Below, piece after piece: positions 35,914-44,400 of a stretch of DNA of 51,206 nt. The first letter of the stretch is position 1. Every line of letters begins with the position of its first letter. Position numbers and translations under genes: made by a program. The DNA comes from Bacteroidales bacterium. Lineage in GTDB: Bacteria > Bacteroidota > Bacteroidia > Bacteroidales > VadinHA17. The notes under the pieces were generated by a model that worked only from the letters and a program-made list of their open reading frames with translations, ran no database searches and was not told where the DNA came from. The stretch lies in the NCBI GenBank assembly GCA_035354395.1, contig DAOQAX010000002.1, forward strand, positions 1-51,206, in the 5' to 3' direction.

Positions 35914-37683
35914 ATGAAAACAGAAATGAAAACAGAAAAGAAAAATAACAGAATCAATATAACTGGAACTTTAAACAAAATAAACAACTGGCTGGAGACA
36001 AAACATATTCCTCCCAGGGTTGTTTTCTTTATAATGGGAATAGTCTCAACTGCATGGTTTCTTATCAGGGTTGTTCCCAAACCTTCACGTGCAACTTATC
36101 CCTGTGTTCAGGCAGCTGCGCCAATAATGTCGGGATTTATTCTATATCTTCTTTCTCTTGGAGGAATTACGGTTACACTGAGAAGAACGTTGCAAAACAT
36201 CACACGGGCAAAATATATCGCTGCCGGATCAATGCTCGTAGCAGGATTAGTTTTTCTTACTATCAATCTTACAAGCGACTTGTCAGTTTCCTCTGCAAAT
36301 GAAAATAAAAAAACAGGTCCGGATGATGGGCCTAAAAGCCCTTTCGGAACAGGCAATGGCATAAATCAGGGCCGTGTTATTTGGGCATGGAACCCTGACG
36401 CCACAAATGAGAATTGTAAAAACATTGCCGAGAACTACGACTGGTATTTTAATCCTGTTAATGCTGATCAGAAAGTAATTGGTAACATGTTTTCTGAGTC
36501 GATTGTGAAAATATCAGGCAACCCTGATCTGAAGCAATCATGGGATGCACTTTTTCGTTATCACAATCTTAAAAAGTATAAAAAGGAGAAAGGCTATACC
36601 AAAGGAGAAAAGATTTTCATTAAGATAAACCAGGGGACAGCCTCATGGTCCTTAAGCAAGGATGAGATCAACAACGGGTATACTATAACAACATCACCCC
36701 AGACAGGAAAATCGAGAAATACCGGAGCGGCTGAAACATCACAGTATATTGTACTGGAATTACTGAGAGAACTTGTTAATGTGGCAGGCATCAGTCAGTC
36801 CGATATATCTGTAGGTGATCCGATTGCTCATATTTTTGGCCATAATTATTCAGCCTGGCATGCTGAATTCCCTGACGTGGTCTATATTGACAGATTTTCG
36901 GACAGGTTTAACAGAACCCTTATAAAACAGACAGAAAAAAATCTTGTCTTCTATTCTGATAAAAAGCAGAGCGATAAGCTTTATGATATAATTGAAAATG
37001 CAGATTATATGATAAATGTTGCCAGTCTTAAACCTCATGGATCTGCCGGTGTCAGCCTGACCGCCAAAAATCATTTTGGTTCACAGGGAAGGCCAAGCGC
37101 CAGCCATCTGCATTACGCACTTGTTTCACCAACATGGGAATCATACCCACGCGAAGTAGGTAAGGCATCGAACGGAGGTTACAAAAAATACCGTGTTCTT
37201 GTCGATCTTATGGGAAGCCGTTATCTCGGTCAAAACACAATGCTTTATGTAGTTGACGGTTTATTTGGAGGAGGAGCTGATGAAACAAAAGGTCCGGTAA
37301 AATACTTAATGGCCCCCTTCAATGATGACTGGAGCAATTCAATATTTTTATCGCAGGATCAGGTCGCTCTTGAATCAGTATGCTATGATTTTCTCAGGAG
37401 TGAATGGAATGGTATTAACAAACACAATAAGGCTAATAATATATTTGAAGAAGGACCAAACATGTTTGGAGTTGATGATTATCTCCATCAGGCTGCTGAT
37501 TCAAAAAACTGGCCCGAGGGAATAATCTACGATCCTGATAACAGTGGGAAACCATTGCCCAGCCTGGGTGTTCATGAACACTGGAATAATGCTGCCGACA
37601 AGCAATATTCAGGAAATCTTGGCATTCAGGGAGGAATTACCCTTGTTTCTATTCCTGATACTCTTGTAAAAAGGAAACTCTAG
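35914..37683 (+). CDS. Membrane-anchored DUF362-like protein (589 aa)
   Basis: Two predicted N-terminal TM helices (VVFFIMGIVSTAWFLIRVV, SGFILYLLSLGGITVTL), then KIFIKINQGT and MINVASLKPHGSAGVSLTAKNHFGS, which match my recollection of the DUF362 signature (IKPN... / K.H...G.T...KN.FG). Confidence 0.55.
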   Translation: MKTEMKTEKKNNRINITGTLNKINNWLETKHIPPRVVFFIMGIVSTAWFLIRVVPKPSRATYPCVQAAAPIMSGFILYLLSLGGITVTLRRTLQNITRAKYIAAGSMLVAGLVFLTINLTSDLSVSSANENKKTGPDDGPKSPFGTGNGINQGRVIWAWNPDATNENCKNIAENYDWYFNPVNADQKVIGNMFSESIVKISGNPDLKQSWDALFRYHNLKKYKKEKGYTKGEKIFIKINQGTASWSLSKDEINNGYTITTSPQTGKSRNTGAAETSQYIVLELLRELVNVAGISQSDISVGDPIAHIFGHNYSAWHAEFPDVVYIDRFSDRFNRTLIKQTEKNLVFYSDKKQSDKLYDIIENADYMINVASLKPHGSAGVSLTAKNHFGSQGRPSASHLHYALVSPTWESYPREVGKASNGGYKKYRVLVDLMGSRYLGQNTMLYVVDGLFGGGADETKGPVKYLMAPFNDDWSNSIFLSQDQVALESVCYDFLRSEWNGINKHNKANNIFEEGPNMFGVDDYLHQAADSKNWPEGIIYDPDNSGKPLPSLGVHEHWNNAADKQYSGNLGIQGGITLVSIPDTLVKRKL

Positions 37684-37754
37684 AGAAGTTTTTTTAAATT
37701 TGTTCAGGCTTTGACGATATGTGATTGTTGCATAATTTTTAAAATTTAAAAATC

Positions 37755-40046
37755 ATGAAAAAAATCAGCTTCCTTTTATTCGCTATGATTGTTTTATTGC
37801 CAGGATGCAATAACAGACTTAAGATAAACGGAAAGACAGGCTATCAGATTGTCATCCCCACACAGGCCGATACTATAGAAAAATATTCTGCTGAAGAACT
37901 CAGCCATTATTTGTTTGAAATGTCGCACGTGAATCTTCCCGTTGTTGAGGAGAAAGAGTATAACGGTAATAAGGCCATCTATATCGGACGTACGAATTAT
38001 GCAACAAAGCTGAATGTTGATTTTACCAGGCTGGAAGAAGATGGATATGCCTACAGGCACCAGAATAATAATTTTATTATTGCTGGCGGCTCAAGGAAAG
38101 GAGTTCTTTATGGAGTTTACGATCTTCTTGAGATCCTGGGTTTCAGAAAATATGCATCTGACTATACTTATATCCCAAAAGGTAACTCAGTCATTCTTCC
38201 CAAAAATGACACAGTTTATATACCACGGATAAAGTATCGGACAACATCATATATGAGTTCTAAAAATAATGCGGAATGTTTTAACTGGCACAAACTCTCC
38301 TCTCAAAAAGAGACATGGGGATCATTTGTTCATACTTTTAATAGTTTAGTGCCTCCTGAAAAATATTTTAATACACATCCTGAGTATTATGCCTTGAGAA
38401 ACGGGAAACGCATGCCAACCCAGTTATGCCTTTCCAATCCTGAGGTTGCTGATATCCTGATTAATAACCTGAAGAAGCAAATAGAAGAAAAACCTCAGAT
38501 GAAATATTGGTCGGTAAGTCAGAACGACAACGACAAGGCTTGCTTATGCGATAACTGTGTAAAGCTGAATGAGAAATACGGAGGTGACAAAAACAGAAAT
38601 AGCGGGGCCATTATTTATTTTGTAAATAAAGTTGCAAAAGCAATCCCTGACAAGATGATATCGACATTGGCATATTGGTATACCCGTGAGGCTCCTGACA
38701 ATATTCAACCGGAACCTAATGTCAATATTATGCTTTGCAATATTGAGAGCTTACGTCACAGGCCCGTTTTTGAAACTGACCAGGCTTTTTCAAAAGATTT
38801 GAAAAACTGGGGAAAGATTGCAAAAGACATCATGATATGGGATTACAATATCCAGTTCTCAAATATGGTCAGTCCTTTTCCAAATCTTCATACAATAAAG
38901 CCTAACATTAATTTTTTTACAGATAACAATGTAAATGCCTTTTTTATGCAGGCAGCAGGTATTGAAGGATGTGAAATGGCTGAACTGAGAGGCTACCTTA
39001 TTGCAAAACTCCTATGGAACCCCGATGCTGATGACAATGCCATTATTGATGATTTTGTAAATGGCTATTACGGTAAAGGTGGTCCATATATCCGTCAATA
39101 CATTGATACCATGTGTTATTCATTGCTAAAGACCAATCATCAGCTGGGGATTTTCGGCAGTCCTGAAGAAGCAAAAGACACTTACCTTTCTGCTGAGATG
39201 ATGGATGAGTATAACCGGTTATTTGATAAGGCTGAAAAGGCAGTTGAAAATAACCCCGAAATGCTCAGACATGTTCAGGCAGCCAGATTACCAATAATGT
39301 ATGCTCAGATTCAAATCAGCCGTACTGAAACTGATACACCACGCAGTCTGTTTAAACACGATGCAAACGGCAGGGTGGTTGCAGATACTGCAATAAAATC
39401 GTTACTGAACAAGTTTGTGGATAGAGCCAACAAGCACGGTATTATCCGGTTAAGAGAAAGAAGCATTCCCCCTGATAAATATCTTGAATCGTATAACAGG
39501 ATTTTCAACAAGATGAATGAGATGGACAGTGCTATATCGTTCAATAAAAAAATCATTCCTGTTACATCTCCAAGCAAAAACTACAAAGGGTTGGAAGCTT
39601 TGACTGATGGCATTTTTGGATCGTTCGAAGACTGGAGAGACGTTCGGTTCGATAACTGGGTAGGTTGCGAAGAGGATCATATGAATTTTATTCTCGATCT
39701 GGGTGAAGTCAAACCAATCAGATCCGTAAACATGGATTTTTTCGATGCAAAAGACACCTGGTATCAGATGTTTCTTCCTGAATATGTTACTTATGCGACC
39801 TCTGTCGATGGTAAAAATTATGATAACGTGGTAAAAGTTGCCAATCCCAACGATCCTAACCAACCATATGATACCGTCGATAACATGCCAAGGGATATTT
39901 ATGTACAGTCTTTTCAGGCCAACATGAAAAACTGCAAAGCACGATACATAAAAGTGCATGCCGAAAATATATTACGTTGTCCTTCGTGGCATGTTCGCGC
40001 CGGAGATCCTGCCACTATTTTTTCTGACGAGATAGTGGTAAAATAA
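37755..40046 (+). CDS. DUF4838-like putative glycoside hydrolase lipoprotein with C-terminal discoidin (F5/8 type C) domain
   Basis: 763 aa, lipobox LLPGCNN. The N-terminal GH67N/GH20b-like module (YQIVIP...AIYIGRT...GSRKGVLYGVYDLLEILGFRKY) is typical of DUF4838 proteins as I recall them. C-terminal discoidin-like segment ALTDGIFGSF...WVGCEEDHMNFILDLGEVKPIRSVNMDF. Confidence 0.65.
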   Translation: MKKISFLLFAMIVLLPGCNNRLKINGKTGYQIVIPTQADTIEKYSAEELSHYLFEMSHVNLPVVEEKEYNGNKAIYIGRTNYATKLNVDFTRLEEDGYAYRHQNNNFIIAGGSRKGVLYGVYDLLEILGFRKYASDYTYIPKGNSVILPKNDTVYIPRIKYRTTSYMSSKNNAECFNWHKLSSQKETWGSFVHTFNSLVPPEKYFNTHPEYYALRNGKRMPTQLCLSNPEVADILINNLKKQIEEKPQMKYWSVSQNDNDKACLCDNCVKLNEKYGGDKNRNSGAIIYFVNKVAKAIPDKMISTLAYWYTREAPDNIQPEPNVNIMLCNIESLRHRPVFETDQAFSKDLKNWGKIAKDIMIWDYNIQFSNMVSPFPNLHTIKPNINFFTDNNVNAFFMQAAGIEGCEMAELRGYLIAKLLWNPDADDNAIIDDFVNGYYGKGGPYIRQYIDTMCYSLLKTNHQLGIFGSPEEAKDTYLSAEMMDEYNRLFDKAEKAVENNPEMLRHVQAARLPIMYAQIQISRTETDTPRSLFKHDANGRVVADTAIKSLLNKFVDRANKHGIIRLRERSIPPDKYLESYNRIFNKMNEMDSAISFNKKIIPVTSPSKNYKGLEALTDGIFGSFEDWRDVRFDNWVGCEEDHMNFILDLGEVKPIRSVNMDFFDAKDTWYQMFLPEYVTYATSVDGKNYDNVVKVANPNDPNQPYDTVDNMPRDIYVQSFQANMKNCKARYIKVHAENILRCPSWHVRAGDPATIFSDEIVVK

Positions 40047-40318
40047 GCTGTAAACAGGAATATCTTGGCATAAATTTTTATGAACTGAATTATGATGATT
40101 GTATCGGATTCCTGGAAATGTTACCAAACTGTTTAAGATAGTAGTTCAAACAAACGTAGTTCAGTAAATAGTATATTTGAAGAAGTAACACCTATATCCG
40201 GAGTAAAGAGTCCTCCTGATTAATTTAAAAACAAATCCCCTGAGGTTAATAATCTGGAAAAAAAATGTTATGATTGTTAATCAGATTATCTTTTTATGGA
40301 TATTAACAAATAACAGAT

Positions 40319-42691
40319 ATGCTCAGGAAAAAATCTCTACTCATGCAAAATATTAATTCACTTAAACATCTCTTTAGTAAACATGGTTTAATAGCAGGTC
40401 ATTGCTTTAAATCATTCAGATGGTTACTTCTTTGTTTTGCCATTGCAGCTTTGCCATCCTGCAATAATTCTGAAAATGGAAAAAATATAACGATAAGCAA
40501 TGACAAAGTAATGCTGACTTTTGACAGAAGTACAGGATCGCTGATCTCGTTCACTGATCTGGCTGACTCATGCGATTTCCTGGATAAAATTGTTACACCA
40601 GGCTCACTATGGAAGGTTGATATTGCCAAACCTTCATCAGTCAGAACTATTGATGTTAGTTCTGCTTCAAAGTTCAGGTTATCAAAACCTGATAGAGGTA
40701 CAATTATTATGGAGTGGATGAATTTTCGTGAACCGGAAGACAAGAAATTAAAAGTGACGACAAAAGTCAACCTTGAGACCGGAAAATCCATGTCGTCATG
40801 GAAAATATCAATTGATGGTATTGAGGGTAAACTGATTGACAAGGTCTCCTTCCCTATTATTAAAGGAATAAAAGACCAGGGTAAAGAAGAACTTGCTGTC
40901 CCGTCATGGATGGGTGAGATAATGAAAAACCCAAGATCTCATCTTTCTGAATCTCAGGGAAAAGTGAAAAAATTCGAATGGAGTTATCCCGGTCCTCTTT
41001 CCCTGCAGTGCATAGCATTATATAATCCGGAAAAATGCGGTTTCTATGCTTCATGTGACGATTCGCTGGCATATAAAAAGAGTTTTTCATTTTCACTTGA
41101 CACCCTGAATACCCTGGTGTATCAGATGAACAATTATCCTTCTTATAATTCTGTTTCAAACTCTTACATCCCATCTTACTCTGCAATTATAGGATCTTTC
41201 AAAGGTGACTGGACTGTTGCTGCCTCAATATACAGTGAGTGGGGAACAAAACAGGATTGGTGCCGGGAAAGTCGCTTAAAGAACAAACTGACTCCCGGAT
41301 GGCTGGAAGAGACAGCTTTATGGGAATGGAACCGTGGAAAATCGGACAATGTGCTTGTACCTGCCGCTGACCTCAGGAAAAGACTTGGATTGCCGGTAAA
41401 TGTTTTCTGGCATTGGTGGCATGGCTGTTCATACGATGACGGCTTCCCGGAGTATATTCCTCCAAGAGAAGGCAAAAAATCGTTTGTCACTGCACTCTCT
41501 TCTGCACAGAGCCAAGGTATAAGGGAAGTAGTATATATGAACCAGCTTCTCTGGGGAACAACAACCGAAAGCTGGAAAAATGAAAACGCAGAACAGGCTT
41601 CGTTAAAGAACAGGGAAGGAAAAACAGTATCACAGGTGTTCAACATCTTTACCAACAAACCCACCGCATATATGTGCCTTGGAACAGGCTTCTGGAAAGA
41701 CAAGTATTCTTCGTTATGCGACAGCGCAATAAATATCTATAAAGCAAACGGAGTCTACATGGATATGGCATGCCTTAGTCACATGTGCTACGATAAAAGT
41801 CATGGACATCCTGTCGGAGGCGGAAACTGGTGGGTTGAAAATTTTGCACAGCTTACAAAACAGATCCGTTCAAAAATACCTCAGGAGAAACAATCCATCC
41901 TTGCAGGTGAAGGAAGCGGTGAGGCATGGATTCCCTATCTTGATGCATTTCTCACACTTCAGGTCAGTATGGAAAGATATGCCGGTGTAGGAGAATGGGA
42001 ACCAATACCTTTCTTTCAGGCTGTCTATCACCAGTATGCCATTACTTATGGTAACTACTCTTCATTGACTGTTCCCCCATACGATGAACTCTGGCCCAGG
42101 CAATATGCCCCGAAAGAACCTCTGAAGCTTCTGGATAAAGGTTTCAACAGACAATTTTTAATGGAACAGGCACGTTCGTTTGTCTGGGGACTACAACCAA
42201 CAATCGCCAATTATCAAAGCTTTCTGGCGCATGAAAGAAAAGAGGAAATTGACTTCCTGCTCAACCTTGCAAAAACAAGGAAACAGGGACTGAAGTATCT
42301 TCTTTACGGCAAATTCATGAAATCGCCCGATATAAAATCACCTGTGAAAGAGATCGATATCTCACGACTGTCAATCTATGCTGGTAAAACAGGAAACACT
42401 GTAACTGCTCTGAAAGGAAGCTATAATATGGTATACTCAGGAACATGGCAGTCTGACGATAAACAGATCGGAATAGCCCTGGCCAATATAGGCGATGATC
42501 CTTACAGGGTGGATTTTACTATGAACTCTAACGATTATGAGCTTGCTGATTCGGGTGAAATAAATATTATAGATGCTGACGGCAAAAGACACATAGCTTC
42601 TTATGCTGACAGGAAAATACATGTTGACTTCCCACTTGAACCAAAAGGTTTATGCATAATAGAAGTGGTTCACGGGAACAAGCAGCAATAA
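40319..42691 (+). CDS. Lipoprotein of unknown function, putative glycoside-hydrolase-like barrel (790 aa; possibly DUF6259-like)
   Basis: Long n-region, then lipobox AALPSCNN. Conserved-looking segments VNVFWHWWHGCSYDDGFPEYIPPREG, GVYMDMACLSHMCYDKSHGHPVGGGNWW, ILAGEGSGEAWIPYLDAF. The family name is a recollection only. Confidence 0.6.
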   Translation: MLRKKSLLMQNINSLKHLFSKHGLIAGHCFKSFRWLLLCFAIAALPSCNNSENGKNITISNDKVMLTFDRSTGSLISFTDLADSCDFLDKIVTPGSLWKVDIAKPSSVRTIDVSSASKFRLSKPDRGTIIMEWMNFREPEDKKLKVTTKVNLETGKSMSSWKISIDGIEGKLIDKVSFPIIKGIKDQGKEELAVPSWMGEIMKNPRSHLSESQGKVKKFEWSYPGPLSLQCIALYNPEKCGFYASCDDSLAYKKSFSFSLDTLNTLVYQMNNYPSYNSVSNSYIPSYSAIIGSFKGDWTVAASIYSEWGTKQDWCRESRLKNKLTPGWLEETALWEWNRGKSDNVLVPAADLRKRLGLPVNVFWHWWHGCSYDDGFPEYIPPREGKKSFVTALSSAQSQGIREVVYMNQLLWGTTTESWKNENAEQASLKNREGKTVSQVFNIFTNKPTAYMCLGTGFWKDKYSSLCDSAINIYKANGVYMDMACLSHMCYDKSHGHPVGGGNWWVENFAQLTKQIRSKIPQEKQSILAGEGSGEAWIPYLDAFLTLQVSMERYAGVGEWEPIPFFQAVYHQYAITYGNYSSLTVPPYDELWPRQYAPKEPLKLLDKGFNRQFLMEQARSFVWGLQPTIANYQSFLAHERKEEIDFLLNLAKTRKQGLKYLLYGKFMKSPDIKSPVKEIDISRLSIYAGKTGNTVTALKGSYNMVYSGTWQSDDKQIGIALANIGDDPYRVDFTMNSNDYELADSGEINIIDADGKRHIASYADRKIHVDFPLEPKGLCIIEVVHGNKQQ

Positions 42692-42739
42692 AAAAATCGG
42701 ATGACTTTCAGGAATCATAAATATAATATCCGCTTTTGC

Positions 42740-42827
42740 AATAAAATCAATTGCTTACCCCAACCCTAAAGGGAGCAATTGATTTTATTAGCACCCTTTA
42801 GGGCTGGAGGTAACGAATAAAATCGAT
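42740..42827. repeat. Structured intergenic repeat, copy 3 (A-X-A'-X'-A topology)
   Basis: A1 aataaaatcaattgc (42740-42754) pairs perfectly (15 bp) with A' gcaattgattttatt (42775-42789). A2 aataaaatcgat (42816-42827) is a third copy with one mismatch. The loops ttaccccaaccctaaagggag and accctttagggctggaggtaa are homologous to X and X' of copy 1. The element lies between convergent gene ends (42691 and 42874). Confidence 0.6.
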
Positions 42828-42873
42828 GTATTTATATGCAGGATGACAGATAGTCATTAAATATTATTAATAA

Positions 42874-44139
42874 TTATCTCAGGTTAGCATCAGCAAAATC
42901 AATAAACCAGTTCCAGTCTCTCAATAGCAGGTTATGGACTCCGTCTCTTATATGAAAGGCGACCTTTCCGTTTGATATCTGTTTGTTAAGCGGAGGCATA
43001 GCTTTGGGGATGTCAGAATCGGCTCCTAAAAGCTTATAAGCCTGGAGTGAATTGTAAAGTGACAGATATGAGCCGCGGGGATCTCCCCAAAGATCCTCGT
43101 CTGCACAGGCAACATAAAGTGGACGTGGTGCTATAAGGGCCAGCAGCATATGCATATCGACAGGAAGGGCGTCTTCATTCTTATTATATTTTTTATAGTT
43201 TGAACAGAACCAGTGAGGGAAATTTGTATTGATCACATCAACTGTTTCGCCATAGCGGCGCCTTGCCAGAGCTGCTCCTGTACATCCCGATTCATTTGAT
43301 ATCACCATGGCAAAACGCGCGTCCTCTGCTCCAGCCCATAAAGCAGTTTTCCCTCCCCGGGAATGACCAACTACAGCAACTTTGTTGCCGTCAACATCTT
43401 TATCAGTAACAAGATAATCCATACAACGGCTTGCCCCCCAAGCCCATGCAGCTATGGTTCCCCATGCATCACCGGGACGCAGATTTTTGTCGAGCATACC
43501 ATGTATCCCGTTCCTGAAATTGTCGAAGTTATCAGGATCTACATCAGCGTTATAAAAAGCTGCAATACCATACCCCCTGGCAATGACCTCTTCAACAGGC
43601 CAGAATTCGCTTTTTCCCTTTCTTGAAGGATCAATATTTTCAAGTCCCCTGTTATTGATCAGAAGAAATACAGGAACCTGCTTTTTCGTACTGTTTGGAG
43701 TAAAAAGAGAAAGATGAATTACCAGAGACTTGCTTTCGGTTGAGATTGTGATATCAATCTGTTTAAGGGTTGCTGAACCACCTATTGCTTTCCTGTCAAG
43801 ATTTACCACTTTGAAACTCTCCTTATAGGATGATTCAGGCACCCTGCCAAAGACATTCTCCCTGAAAAGTTCCAATATTTCGGGACGCCGTTCCGTATTC
43901 CAGAGACGGGATGTTGTAACCTTCCTTCCATCGGTCATCATCAGAAGGTCAGGCAGTTTATATGCAGGAACTTTTTCTTCATAGTAATTAATATCAGACC
44001 TCTTCTCAGTCAGAGTTTCTATTACTTCTTTTGATGCTTGCCATCCCTCATTTGTTTGTGCAGGTAAATCCGCAGAAATAAAGTTCGTTGCTATTAATGT
44101 CATAACTGACAGACAAAAATATCTTCGTAATATGTTCAT
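42874..44139 (-). CDS. CE15-family glucuronoyl esterase
   Basis: 421 aa with a signal peptide. N-terminal pattern YKLPDLLMMTDGRKVTTSRLWNTERRPEILELFRENVFGRVP and nucleophile motif VVGHSRGGKTALWAGAEDARFA, typical of bacterial CE15. Confidence 0.8.
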   Translation of the reverse strand: MNILRRYFCLSVMTLIATNFISADLPAQTNEGWQASKEVIETLTEKRSDINYYEEKVPAYKLPDLLMMTDGRKVTTSRLWNTERRPEILELFRENVFGRVPESSYKESFKVVNLDRKAIGGSATLKQIDITISTESKSLVIHLSLFTPNSTKKQVPVFLLINNRGLENIDPSRKGKSEFWPVEEVIARGYGIAAFYNADVDPDNFDNFRNGIHGMLDKNLRPGDAWGTIAAWAWGASRCMDYLVTDKDVDGNKVAVVGHSRGGKTALWAGAEDARFAMVISNESGCTGAALARRRYGETVDVINTNFPHWFCSNYKKYNKNEDALPVDMHMLLALIAPRPLYVACADEDLWGDPRGSYLSLYNSLQAYKLLGADSDIPKAMPPLNKQISNGKVAFHIRDGVHNLLLRDWNWFIDFADANLR

Positions 44140-44400
44140 TTTGATAATTTATAAATTTGTTCTGCGATAAAGGTTCAATTTTCATTATCAAAAGTAAGAA
44201 TAAAATAAGACTCTTTAAATGCGGTAAACAAAGCATTTCAATGATATACTTATGCTTCAGTCTCCCTCAAAAGCTGAAGCTTACCCTTCATTCATGCCAA
44301 TTACATTTTTTTAAGATAATACCTGAAACATAATTTGTTATTTTTACAGGTGAAGTTCCGGTCTAAATATAATTTATTGTATCACATTTAATAGTCGAAG

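Noticed and set aside
39450-39959. Long antisense ORFs embedded in strong CDSs. This 169-aa ORF is one; the others are 41176-41703, 24066-24512, 40399-40842, 21358-21777 and 1004-1258.
   Set aside because: Each lies entirely antisense within a CDS that has clear family motifs or signal peptides. The compositions are low-complexity and no motifs are visible. These are typical shadow ORFs.
40218-40295. Short inverted repeats (ctgattaa / ttaatcag, ataatctg / cagattat) upstream of the 790-aa gene; considered as an operator or invertible-promoter boundary
   Set aside because: The arms are only 8 bp, which is within chance expectation across the intergenic regions examined. No recombinase gene is present in the window.
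44251-44282. 7-bp hairpin gcttcag...ctgaagc in the divergent CE15/GH31 promoter region
   Set aside because: The stem is short and there is no U-tract. It may be a degenerate echo of repeat copy 2, but it is too weak to call on its own.
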